The translations under genes and the position numbers were made by a program. Below, piece by piece: positions 37,467 to 46,436 of a stretch of DNA of 64,000 nucleotides. Below the pieces are notes generated by a model. The model did no database searches and was not told where the DNA came from. It saw nothing but the letters and a program-made list of their open reading frames with translations. The stretch is from Dehalococcoidia bacterium (GTDB lineage Bacteria; Chloroflexota; Dehalococcoidia; Lucifugimonadales; UBA3495). The stretch's first letter is position 1, and each line of letters opens with the position of its first letter. Location: positions 27,294 through 91,293 of the forward strand of contig CBDHFZ010000003.1 of the NCBI GenBank assembly GCA_965262865.1. The letters run 5' to 3'.

Positions 37467-38342
37467 CTATAGGGCCCCCGCCTGTTTCAACTGTGCGGTT
37501 ATGTCGTGGCCGGCGCTCTCCCAATCTGTACTTAGAGCTTGTTCTCTCCCAACCATGCCAATGGGGTCTACGCCTTCCACCTTGACGAACACCCGGGGCA
37601 CTCCTCTTTGATATGCGTAGCCGACCTCCTGGTCGGGCCAGCCTCCCCCGTGAAAGTCCTCGGTAACGAAACCGATGAAGATGTCCATCGTGTTCAATGC
37701 GTTGAGTATTTCGTTCTGCCATATCATGCTGGGAGTTACGTCCTCGTGTGCAAGGAAACAACAGAGTCCTTGGTTCTGCAGTTGTTCTCGTACTGTGGAG
37801 ACCTGGTGCCTGTAAACTGCGCGGTGGCTCAGAAACACCAGTTTCCCTCTCTTGTAGCCGTCTCCCCACACTCGGTTCATGTCCTCTACGGAGAGTATAA
37901 CCGGGGCGTTGTCCGCTTCGTATAGAAACCGTGTGGTGACTTCAAACAGGTCAACATCCTTGACCGCCCAGTGAGTTCTGCCCCGCTCGAAAGACCTGTT
38001 CGGCCCCATTCCCAGAGCTTCAAAAACCCTTTCTTCGTTCATCACGATTTTGGGGTAAATGTTGGGCAGGGTGTATATGATCTCGAATCTCCCGCTGCCT
38101 GACCGTACCTCACTGATCCTGCCGATGGAACCCGCAACGTCACGGCCTTCGTAGGTGAAGAGACATGGGTACTTCATCAGTGCATCAAAGTCGGTGCCGT
38201 CGATGCCGGTGAATTGACGCGTGACAGCCTCGTCTGTGTGCTCGAAAACGCGGCCGCTAAGGAAGCTGACCTCGTACAAGCGGCCCTGATTCTGTTCCCA
38301 TTCGTCCTGACTCTGAGAGGACACCTTCAGTAGATTATACAT
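37467..38342 (-). CDS. TIR-like domain protein with unassigned N-terminal domain (291 aa)
   Basis: The C-terminal ~125 aa read KLVFLSHRAVYRHQVSTVREQLQNQGLCCFLAHEDVTPSMIWQNEILNALNTMDIFIGFVTEDFHGGGWPDQEVGYAYQRGVPRVFV. This fits the bacterial TIR/DUF1863 pattern (F.SH....d...L...G...F....i..g..W...i......d.f....t......S.W...E.G.A). I did not recognise the N-terminal ~165 aa. Confidence 0.75.
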   Translation of the reverse strand: MYNLLKVSSQSQDEWEQNQGRLYEVSFLSGRVFEHTDEAVTRQFTGIDGTDFDALMKYPCLFTYEGRDVAGSIGRISEVRSGSGRFEIIYTLPNIYPKIVMNEERVFEALGMGPNRSFERGRTHWAVKDVDLFEVTTRFLYEADNAPVILSVEDMNRVWGDGYKRGKLVFLSHRAVYRHQVSTVREQLQNQGLCCFLAHEDVTPSMIWQNEILNALNTMDIFIGFVTEDFHGGGWPDQEVGYAYQRGVPRVFVKVEGVDPIGMVGREQALSTDWESAGHDITAQLKQAGAL

Positions 38343-38609
38343 TCCAAAGCCTTCTTTCTTCTCTCGCTAAGTGAATAGGCGGGCAAAGGACCGACCTGTG
38401 GGGACCAAGAGACCGCTCGGACTTGCCGGGCTTGAGTGCACGGTTAGGTGGTACCGTCCTCGAGATATGGCTGGGGCACTAATTAGCCAACCAAGACCCT
38501 TGTAAGCGGCGGAGATAAAGTGGGCCGCGTGGGCGGATGATTGCTGAGTATCGGCGACCTAATAGTGTACCGCCTGCCATCATTCATAGGGTTGTAGCCG
38601 ACCCCATGG

Positions 38610-39420
38610 ATGGTGCGACGGATGTACAGAGTGGACGTATATCTGCGGGTCCGAAGGGCGGTAATGGTGGAGGGTAGGAGCATTCGGGAGGTCTCCAGAG
38701 AGTTTGGGCTGCACCGGGACACGGTGCGCAAGATGCTGATCTACTCCGTTCCTCCGGGCTACCGGCGACAGACTCCTCCTCGAAGGCCAACCCTTCGACA
38801 AGCTCAGGAGGAGCCCTACACCGGCGTCATTGACCGGGTCCTGGAGGACGACCTCAGGCGTCCCAGGAAGCAGCGCCACACGGCCAAGCGCATATTCGAG
38901 CGTCTGCGGGACGAGTACGGTTTCGACGGCGGATACACCACGGTCAAGGACTACGTCAGAGAGAATCGCCGTCAGACCAGGGAGATGTTCGTGCCGTTGT
39001 CCCATCCGCCGGGACACGCCCAGTGCGACTTCGGGGAGGCCCTGGTGGCCATCGGCGGCGTGGAGCGCAAGGCCCACTGCTTCGTCATCGACCTGCCCCA
39101 CAGCGACAGCTGCTTCGTGAAGGCTTACCCCGCCGAGACCACCGAGACCTTCCTGGACGGCCATGTATCAGCGTTCTCCTTTCTGGGCGGAGTGCCCCGG
39201 AGCATCCTCTACGGCAATACCAAGCTGGCGGTGGCGAAGATCCTGGGGGATGGCCGGCGTCAACGCACCCGCGTCTTCACCGAGATCCAGTCTCACCACC
39301 TGTTAGAGGACCGGTTCGGCCGCCCCGGCAAGGGCAATGACAAAGGCAAGGTGGAGGGCCTGGTGGGGTACGTGCGCCGCAACTTCCTGGTGCCGGTGCC
39401 GTCCTTCGAGAGCTTCGATG
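38610..39420 (+). pseudogene. istA: IS21-family transposase IstA, 5' portion (disrupted by insertion at 39420/39421)
   Basis: ..MYRVDVYLRVRRAVMVEGRSIREVSREFGLHRDTVRKML..HAQCDFGEA..DLPHSD..NFLVPVPSFESFD then runs into foreign sequence. It is co-linear with the uninterrupted copy at 57327..58872. Confidence 0.85.
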
Positions 39421-39517
39421 TGTCGTTATCCAGGGTCATTAGGACAGTGGTATCCACGATCATTAGGACACCCTGAGCGCGGGTGATTTAGTCTTGTATC
39501 AGGTCATGGCTGCCAGG

Positions 39518-40285
39518 TCAATCACCTCCCCTGTCGCCCAGTAGTTTTCGGTGGGGCGACAGTTTTTCACGGTAGCTGGCCCCCTCGATGACGATCTGGA
39601 AGCTGGCGTTGGCCAGGCGGTCCAGGGCGCTGTTCCCCAGGATGGAATCGTCGAAGAGGCTGAGCCATTCCTCGACGCTGCGATTGCTGGTGATCACGAA
39701 GCTGGATACCCGATGGCGACCGATGATCAGCTCGTATAGGTCGGCGGACTGCTGAGCGGTGAGCCGGTGGAGGCCCAGGTCGTCCAGGATCAGCAGGTCC
39801 GGTGAGAGGAAGGAGCGGAAGGTGCGGTCGACGGAGTTGTCCACCCGGGCCTGGGTCATGCTCCTGAAGAAGTCGTCGGCGTGGCAGAAGCGGACGGTGT
39901 GACCGCCCCTGACCGCGGCATAGCCCAGGGCCTGGGCCAGGAAGGTCTTGCCGACGCCGGCGGGACCCACCAGCAGGACATGTTCATGCCTGGAGAGGAA
40001 CTCCAGGGAGAAGACAGCGTCCAGGAGCCGGCGGTCCAGGGAGATGGCGGCGGACCAGTCGAAGTCTTCCAACCGGCAGGTCTCCTCGAAGCCGGCGGCG
40101 CGCAGCCGCAATTCCAGACGCCGGTCGGCGCGGCGGTTGACCTCGTCGGAAAGGATGATCTCGAGGAAGGAAGCATAGTCCAGCTGGTCCCTTCGAGCCA
40201 GGGCGATGCGTTCGGGCAGGGTGGCGGCCATGGGTCCCAGCTGGAGCCGCTTGAGCAATGGCGTGAGTTCGGTGACTCGGGTCAT
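39518..40285 (-). CDS. istB: IS21-family helper ATPase IstB (255 aa)
   Basis: Walker A is LLVGPAGVGKTFLAQAL and Walker B is LLILDDLG. The gene overlaps the istA stop by 4 nt (40282-40285). Confidence 0.9.
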   Translation of the reverse strand: MTRVTELTPLLKRLQLGPMAATLPERIALARRDQLDYASFLEIILSDEVNRRADRRLELRLRAAGFEETCRLEDFDWSAAISLDRRLLDAVFSLEFLSRHEHVLLVGPAGVGKTFLAQALGYAAVRGGHTVRFCHADDFFRSMTQARVDNSVDRTFRSFLSPDLLILDDLGLHRLTAQQSADLYELIIGRHRVSSFVITSNRSVEEWLSLFDDSILGNSALDRLANASFQIVIEGASYREKLSPHRKLLGDRGGD

Positions 40286-41883
40286 GACTGACCTCCTTCG
40301 GTGGATTCGGTTGACTGATGGCTGTGAGCTTTCCCGTGGGCGAATACCTCGCCTGGGCGGGCGAATCGGCCCGCTGGCAGGGGTGGGGGCTGCTCGGGAG
40401 TCTTAGCCTCTTCCAGGGCTTGGAGCAGGATGCGCTCCACCCGTCCCACGTCGATCAGGTCCACCTCCAGGGCTCGGCGGCAGGCCGAGTCCAGGCGTTC
40501 GGGCGTGTAGCGCTGGCCCAGGCGGATGAGCTTGTGGCCCTGCCGGATTCGGGACCAGGGCAGGGGGCCATCGAAGAGGCGGTCGGCGAACTCGCCCACC
40601 GCGGGGCCCTGCTCGGCGGCGCTGCGCTTGATGCCGTCGGGCGCCCTGAGGGTGTAGGCGCTCAGCTCGGCGGGGTAGTCAGCAGTGTCGGTGGAGCGGC
40701 CGCCCCGGGGCTGACGGGGATGGACCTTGACCAGCTGGCCCCGGTGGTAGATGCGCACCAGCTTCACCCCCAGGCCGACTTCCACCTGCTGCCCGGGAGG
40801 GCACAGGGTGGAAGGCACCGAGTAGAGGGCGTACTGGCAGGCTACGTGATGATCGGGGTGGACTTTGGCAGAGCGCCAATGGGTGACCTCGTATGGCTCG
40901 CCGTTCCAGGGGACCAGGACCGGCTGCTCCTCGTCTAGGAAGACTTGCAGGGGCTGGCGACGAGTGGTTCCGTGGATGCGCATTCCGGCGACGTCGCGGC
41001 ACCAGCGGGCCGCTTCAGAACGGAGGTGGGCCAGGTCCCTGAAATCGCCGCCCTTGAAGAAGCGCTCCCTGGCGTACTGGACGCTCCGCTCCACTATGGG
41101 CTTGTCCTTCGGGTGACGCACCCGGGCCGGATCGGTGATGAAGCCCCGGTGCTGGGAGTATTCCAGGAAGCCGCGGGTCAGGCGGGGGTGCAGGGCGTCA
41201 GCGCCGGCAACCGCGGCGGGGAAGTTGTCGATGACCAGGTATTTGGGAATGCCGCCGAAGAACTTCCAGGCCGCCTCTAGGCCGGCGATGACCTCCTCCA
41301 GCTTCTGGCCGTAGGCGGGCCACACGAAGCAATGCCGGGAGTAGGTCAGCACCACCAGCAGCGCCCATACCGCCTGCCGGCGGCCGGTCTCCCGGTCCTG
41401 GATGAAGCCCAGCCGCCCGAAGTCCAGCTCCGCTACTTCCCCAGGGGCGCTCTCCCCCATGCGCACCGTGTTGGCGCGGCGTCGCCGCCACTGGCGGCGG
41501 TCCACAAAGCGGTGCAGTGAGGTATACGGTACCCGACAGTCCCGCTCCGCCAGCAACTCCTGAATGCGGGTCAGTTGCAGCCGGTCAACGGTAATCCACT
41601 GGTAGATCTGGTCCGCCCACGGGGCCAGCTTCTCCGCAGTGGGCGCTTCCCTCTGCCGCGGACCGGAGCGGCCGATGGCAGCCAGGCTGCTGACTTGCTC
41701 TTCATCCGGCCCTGGGCCGTCTCGGGCTATCCCCAGCGCCTCCGCTGCCGAGATGTACCTGCCCACAGTATCTTTCGACAGCCCCGTGCCCGAGGCTATG
41801 TGGCGCCGGCTCTCCCCTGTCTGCCAGCGCCGGATCACTTCAGATATTTCCACTCTGAGTACCTCCTTGTAAGCCATCGCCAC
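40282..41883 (-). CDS. istA: IS21-family transposase IstA (533 aa)
   Basis: The N-terminal HTH reads EVIRRWQTGESRRHIASGTGLSKDTVGRYI. The rve/DDE core reads ..AELDFGRLG..LVVLTYSRHCFVW..KYLVIDNFPAAV... Confidence 0.9.
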   Translation of the reverse strand: MAMAYKEVLRVEISEVIRRWQTGESRRHIASGTGLSKDTVGRYISAAEALGIARDGPGPDEEQVSSLAAIGRSGPRQREAPTAEKLAPWADQIYQWITVDRLQLTRIQELLAERDCRVPYTSLHRFVDRRQWRRRRANTVRMGESAPGEVAELDFGRLGFIQDRETGRRQAVWALLVVLTYSRHCFVWPAYGQKLEEVIAGLEAAWKFFGGIPKYLVIDNFPAAVAGADALHPRLTRGFLEYSQHRGFITDPARVRHPKDKPIVERSVQYARERFFKGGDFRDLAHLRSEAARWCRDVAGMRIHGTTRRQPLQVFLDEEQPVLVPWNGEPYEVTHWRSAKVHPDHHVACQYALYSVPSTLCPPGQQVEVGLGVKLVRIYHRGQLVKVHPRQPRGGRSTDTADYPAELSAYTLRAPDGIKRSAAEQGPAVGEFADRLFDGPLPWSRIRQGHKLIRLGQRYTPERLDSACRRALEVDLIDVGRVERILLQALEEAKTPEQPPPLPAGRFARPGEVFAHGKAHSHQSTESTEGGQS

Positions 41884-42010
41884 ACCTCGCTTTCAGGTGC
41901 GGAAATGGTCTCCGGTCAGGCGCTCAGAGTGTCCTAATGACCCTGGTTTTCTGTCCTAATGATTGTGGTTATTTCGCGGATTTCTGTCCTAAAGATCTTG
42001 GTTATTCACA

Positions 42011-42730
42011 GATGCGCTCAATGCCTGCCTGGAGCGACGATGCCTGGAACGAACGGACGCCCAGCTCAGGGGCCACACGGAGACCATCGGCCAGCGGATG
42101 GAGCGGGACCTGGACGCCCTGTTGCCGCTGCCGCCAGCAGCATACGACGCCTGCGAGAAGCAGGCGGGCCGGGTCAGTTCCCTGTCTCTGGTAAGGTACG
42201 GGACCAACGACTACTCCGTGCCGGTGGCCTACGGATACCGGGACGTCCTGGTAAGGGGCTACGTCGACGCAGTGGTGATCAGCTGCGGGTCCGAGGTCAT
42301 CGCCAGACACATCCGTTCCTATGAACGGGACGATTTTGTCTACGACCCCATCCACTACCTGCCGCTCTTGGAGCGTAAGTCGGGAGCCTTGGATCAGGCC
42401 GCTCCGCTACAGGGCTGGTCTCTACCCGAGGAGTTCGGGACGCTGCGGCGTCTGCTGGAGTCCCGCATGGGACGGCGGGGTAAGCGGGAATACGTGCAGG
42501 TGCTCCGTCTGCTGGAGACCTTCTCCCAGCAGGAGGTGGCTGCAGCGGCAAAGGACGCCTTCCGGCTGGGAGCCATCAGCTTCGACGCAGTGAAACACTT
42601 GGTGCTGTGCCGACTGGAGGGGCGGCCGCCGAGGCTGGACCTGGAGCTGTATCCCTACCTGCCCCGGGTACGGGTAAGCACCACCTCCGCCGAGGACTAC
42701 ATGACCTTGCTGTCGGGGAGGGCGGCATGA
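42011..42730 (+). pseudogene. istA: IS21-family transposase IstA, 3' portion of copy 1
   Basis: In frame from 42011: DALNACLERRCLERTDAQLRGHTETIGQRMERDLDALLPLPP.. is co-linear with copy 2. The stop overlaps the istB start (ATGA 42727-42730). Confidence 0.85.
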
Positions 42731-43509
42731 ACGACCGGTCGACGCTGCTATTGGAACACCACCTGAAGGAACTGAAGCTGCCCAGCTTCCTGAGAGAGTA
42801 CGGGAAGATGGCAGCCCGGTGCGCCGCCGAGGGTGTGAACCATCCCCAGTACCTGCTGCGCCTCGCCGAGCTGGAGCTCATAGATCGCCACCAGCGCATG
42901 GTGGAGCGGCGCATACGGGCCGCCCGATTCCCTGCCGTCAAAAGCCTGGACACCCTCGACTTCCCGGCCATCCCGTCGCTGAACAAGGCCCTGGTGATGG
43001 AACTGGCACGCTGTGAATACATCGGGCGCCGGGAGAACGTCATCGCCGTCGGCAACAGCGGCACCGGCAAGACCCACGTCGCCCTGGGGTTGGGTCTGGC
43101 CGCCTGCCAGCGCGGGATGTCTGTGGGCTTCACCACCGCCGCCGGTCTGGTCCACGAGATGATGGAGGCCAGGGACGAAAGGCGCCTGTTGAACTTGCAG
43201 AAACAACTGTCCCGGCTCAACCTGCTGATCATCGACGAACTGGGCTTCGTCCCACTGTCCAGGACCGGCGCGGAACTGCTCTTCGAGGTCTTCAGCCAGC
43301 GCTACGAGCGGGGCTCCGTCATGGTGACCACCAACCTTCCCTTCGACGAGTGGACCGAGGTCTTCGGCTCGGAACGGCTGACCGGAGCACTGCTGGACCG
43401 GCTCACCCACCACGTCCACATCCTGGAGATGAACGGCGAGAGCTACCGGCTCAAGCGCAGCAGGGAGAACGCCGCCTCGCAAGCTTCAGAAGAAACCGAC
43501 GAAGAATAG
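42727..43509 (+). CDS. istB: IS21-family helper ATPase IstB of copy 1 (260 aa)
   Basis: MNDRSTLLLEHHLKELKLPSFLREY.. is followed by Walker A VGNSGTGKTHVALGL and Walker B LLIIDELG. Confidence 0.85.
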   Translation: MNDRSTLLLEHHLKELKLPSFLREYGKMAARCAAEGVNHPQYLLRLAELELIDRHQRMVERRIRAARFPAVKSLDTLDFPAIPSLNKALVMELARCEYIGRRENVIAVGNSGTGKTHVALGLGLAACQRGMSVGFTTAAGLVHEMMEARDERRLLNLQKQLSRLNLLIIDELGFVPLSRTGAELLFEVFSQRYERGSVMVTTNLPFDEWTEVFGSERLTGALLDRLTHHVHILEMNGESYRLKRSRENAASQASEETDEE

Positions 43510-43884
43510 CCGCACAGCCAACGCCGTCTCCTCCTGTTCTTGTAACGCCTCCACTCCGACCAATTTACTGCCGTCAGCCGTAACGTCAGTGGTACACGAT
43601 CACGCCGCCCCAGTGGCCCAATATGTCGTCGCCCTTGACACTTCGGCTTTTATGTTATCTTTACGTCTCTGACTGAATTAAGATGGGTATTTCTGGGTCT
43701 TGCGAAATCTCGCTCAGAGCGGCCAGAAATACACCATTGACCAGTCAGACGCCTCTCCCCCGTGCCAAGCCGGTCTGATTCACCTGGGAAGGTACTCGTC
43801 CATAGGCCGGTGTTTCAACGGCAGGTTTGTCGAATCGCTATAATTTGAACGACGGCGAGGGTATATGACGCCCTTGCCACGCTA

Positions 43885-46428
43885 TTGCAGGGTATGAACG
43901 AAGCTACAGCACGGCTAAAAATTAACCGACTGCTTGAGAAGGCAGGTTGGCGCTTCTTCCCGGAAGGGGACAAGCCCGCCAATGTTCGGCTTGAGCCAAG
44001 TATTGCCATCAAACAGTCCGACCTTGACGGACTTGGCGACGATTTTGAGAAAACCGAAAGAGGGTTCATAGATTACCTTCTTCTGGACGAACGAGGGTTC
44101 CCGTTCCTCGTTCTGGAGGCCAAGTCGGAAGAGAAGCACCCGGAGGTTGGGAAGGAGCAGGCCAGGAGGTATGCCCGCTCGCAGGGCTGCCGGTTCATAA
44201 TACTTTCCAATGGCAACCTCCACTACTTCTGGGACTTGGAGCGTGGCAACCCTCATATCATCACGTCCTTTCCCACGCCGCAGTCGGTCACTGGCTACAG
44301 CAAGATTCAGCCCGACCCTCAGCGATTGATCGACGAACAGGTCAGGGACGATTACATTGTTCTTACCCAGCGGCCCAACTATGCCACTGAAGCAGCATGG
44401 AAGAACGAGGCTGAGCGGCCCAGCTTCATGCGGGCCAACAATATGCGCTTTTTGCGCACCTACCAACTTAGAGCCATACAAGCGTTGCAACACTCGGTGA
44501 GGGGAGGTAATGACCGTTTTCTGTTCGAAATGGCTACAGGCACCGGGAAGACCCTCATCGCCGCGGCCATCATCAAGCTGTTTCTCCGCTCCGGCAACGC
44601 CTCTCGTGTGCTGTTCCTAGTAGACCGTCTTGAGCTTGAGGAACAAGCCAGAAAGCAATTTACGGCCCTGCTCTCAGCGGACCACACGACTGTGATCTAC
44701 AAAGAAAACCGTGACGATTGGCGTTCGGCGGAGATAGTCGTCACTACTGTCCAGTCCCTCATGTTTAACAACAAGTACCAAACGCTATTCTCGCCTACCG
44801 ATTTCGACCTGGTAGTCTCTGACGAAGCTCACCGGTCCATCAGCGGTAATGCCCGCGCCGTGTTCGACTACTTCGTTGGCTACAAGCTAGGTCTTACCGC
44901 AACCCCACGAGACTACCTGCGAGGATTAAGCAGGACCGGCCCCAACGTTCGCGACCCCCGTGAGGTCGAGCGGAGGCTCCTGCTTGACACCTATCGGACT
45001 TTTGGGTGTGAGAGCGGGGAACCCACGTTCCGTTACTCGCTGATTGATGGCGTGAAAGACGGATTTCTGATCAATCCGACCGTAGTAGACGCCCGTACCG
45101 AAGTGACTACCCAGCTGCTGGCAGACCAGGGCTTCGTCGTCTCCTTCACCGACGACACTGGGGATGAGCATGAAGAGACTTTCAAGCAGCGCCAATTTGA
45201 AACGCGCTTTTTCTCCGACGCAACCAACCAGGTCTTCTGCAAGACCTTCTTGGAAAACGCGCTGCGAGACCCAATCAGCGGAGAAATCGGAAAGTCCATC
45301 ATCTTCGCCGTAAGCCAGAACCACGCGGCTAGGCTGACTCAGACCCTCAATGAAATGGCCCATGTCATGTTCCCTGGTAAGTACCAGTCTGACTTCGCCG
45401 TGCAAGTCACTTCACAAGTGGCGGACGCCCAGCAGTTCACCATTAATTTTGCCAACAATAACCTTCTGGGTTCAAGCAACTTCCTATCCTCCTATCGGAC
45501 CAGCAAGGCCAGAGTATGTGTAACCGTAGGTATGATGACGACCGGCTACGACTGCACCGACATCCTCAACCTCGGCCTGTTCAGGCCCATCTTCTCACCC
45601 ACCGATTTCGTCCAGATAAAAGGCCGGGGCACACGGCTACACGATTTTCGCGAACAGTTATTCGACCCGGACATCGCCGACAGCGTGGCTCAACCGGAGA
45701 AGACCGAGTTCAAGCTCTTTGACTTCTTCGCCAACTGCGAATACTTCGAAACTGAGTTCAACTATGACCAGGTACTCATGGTGCCACGGCCCCAGGCTCG
45801 TCAGGGCAAGAGTGACTGGGAAGACGACGTCCCGTCGCTAGTCTACGGCTACGAGCATCTCGGTACTGACATCCTCTCGACCATGACGGTAGAAACCATC
45901 GGCTACGAGGGGATGAGGATCGACCGAATGTTATTTGACCGGTTCGCAGGCACCTTGCGGAAGAATGACACCGTCACGAAGGCTATCGAGGCCGGGAACT
46001 GGGAACTCGTCATTGACTACGTAAACCGAGAGGTCTTCGACAAGCCCGAGGATTACTACACCTTGGAGAAACTGCGGAAAGCCGCTTCCGTGGACCGCCG
46101 GATTAGCCTTCGGGAGATTCTGGAAAAGGTCTTCGACCTAATACCGGCCTTCAAGTCAAAGGACGACCTATTGGAGGAAGAGTTTAGCAAGTTCGTGGCC
46201 GGACACCAGCCGGAAGAGGTCCAATCCTTACCGGCCATAAAGACCTACTTTAAGGCCTATGTAACGAGTGACCTCACCCGCCACGTAATCGACACGAAGC
46301 AGTTTACCGACTTGGCCACCAATGCCGTGTTCTCGATTGAAGACTACCGAGCCGTACCTGAAAAGTACCGGGCGTTGGTTCCTGAGTACGTCAAGGATTA
46401 CGTCTCCCTTAACCAGTTCGCTGTATAG
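43885..46428 (+). CDS. hsdR: Type I restriction enzyme R subunit (HsdR-like, 847 aa)
   Basis: The N-terminal PD-(D/E)xK reads FIDYLLLDERGFPFLVLEAKS. SF2 helicase motifs are FEMATGTGKT, VVSDEAHR and TATP. The probable true start is ATG 43894. Confidence 0.9.
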   Translation: MQGMNEATARLKINRLLEKAGWRFFPEGDKPANVRLEPSIAIKQSDLDGLGDDFEKTERGFIDYLLLDERGFPFLVLEAKSEEKHPEVGKEQARRYARSQGCRFIILSNGNLHYFWDLERGNPHIITSFPTPQSVTGYSKIQPDPQRLIDEQVRDDYIVLTQRPNYATEAAWKNEAERPSFMRANNMRFLRTYQLRAIQALQHSVRGGNDRFLFEMATGTGKTLIAAAIIKLFLRSGNASRVLFLVDRLELEEQARKQFTALLSADHTTVIYKENRDDWRSAEIVVTTVQSLMFNNKYQTLFSPTDFDLVVSDEAHRSISGNARAVFDYFVGYKLGLTATPRDYLRGLSRTGPNVRDPREVERRLLLDTYRTFGCESGEPTFRYSLIDGVKDGFLINPTVVDARTEVTTQLLADQGFVVSFTDDTGDEHEETFKQRQFETRFFSDATNQVFCKTFLENALRDPISGEIGKSIIFAVSQNHAARLTQTLNEMAHVMFPGKYQSDFAVQVTSQVADAQQFTINFANNNLLGSSNFLSSYRTSKARVCVTVGMMTTGYDCTDILNLGLFRPIFSPTDFVQIKGRGTRLHDFREQLFDPDIADSVAQPEKTEFKLFDFFANCEYFETEFNYDQVLMVPRPQARQGKSDWEDDVPSLVYGYEHLGTDILSTMTVETIGYEGMRIDRMLFDRFAGTLRKNDTVTKAIEAGNWELVIDYVNREVFDKPEDYYTLEKLRKAASVDRRISLREILEKVFDLIPAFKSKDDLLEEEFSKFVAGHQPEEVQSLPAIKTYFKAYVTSDLTRHVIDTKQFTDLATNAVFSIEDYRAVPEKYRALVPEYVKDYVSLNQFAV

Positions 46429-46436
46429 AGGAAACC

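Larger units (their letters stand above)
39421..42010 (-). mobile_element. IS21-family element (2590 bp) nested inside istA of copy 1, flanked by a 4-bp GATG duplication
   Basis: GATG occurs at 39417-39420 and 42011-42014, whereas the uninterrupted paralogue reads AGCTTCGATGCGCTGAATGCC with a single GATG. Both termini begin TGT.. and carry multiple CATTAGGACA repeats. Intact istA and istB lie inside. Confidence 0.9.
38501..43640 (+). mobile_element. IS21-family element, copy 1 (own length ~2.55 kb), interrupted by a second IS21-family element
   Basis: The left end is TGTAAGCGGCGGAGATAAAGTGGGCCGCGTGGGCGG (38501-). The right end, reverse-complemented, is TGTCAAGGGCGACGACATATTGGGCCACTGGGGCGG (ends 43640). 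It contains a split istA and an intact istB. Confidence 0.8.

Noticed and set aside
37467-38342. Classical Thoeris system (ThsB TIR protein with ThsA).
   Set aside because: No SIR2/SLOG or Macro ThsA-like gene is adjacent. The neighbours are a terminator-separated ATPase/TOPRIM pair and an IS.
43839-43844. A perfect TATAAT hexamer 50 nt upstream of hsdR as a promoter -10 box.
   Set aside because: There is no convincing -35 element at 16-19 nt spacing, and a lone hexamer in A+T-richer DNA is insufficient.
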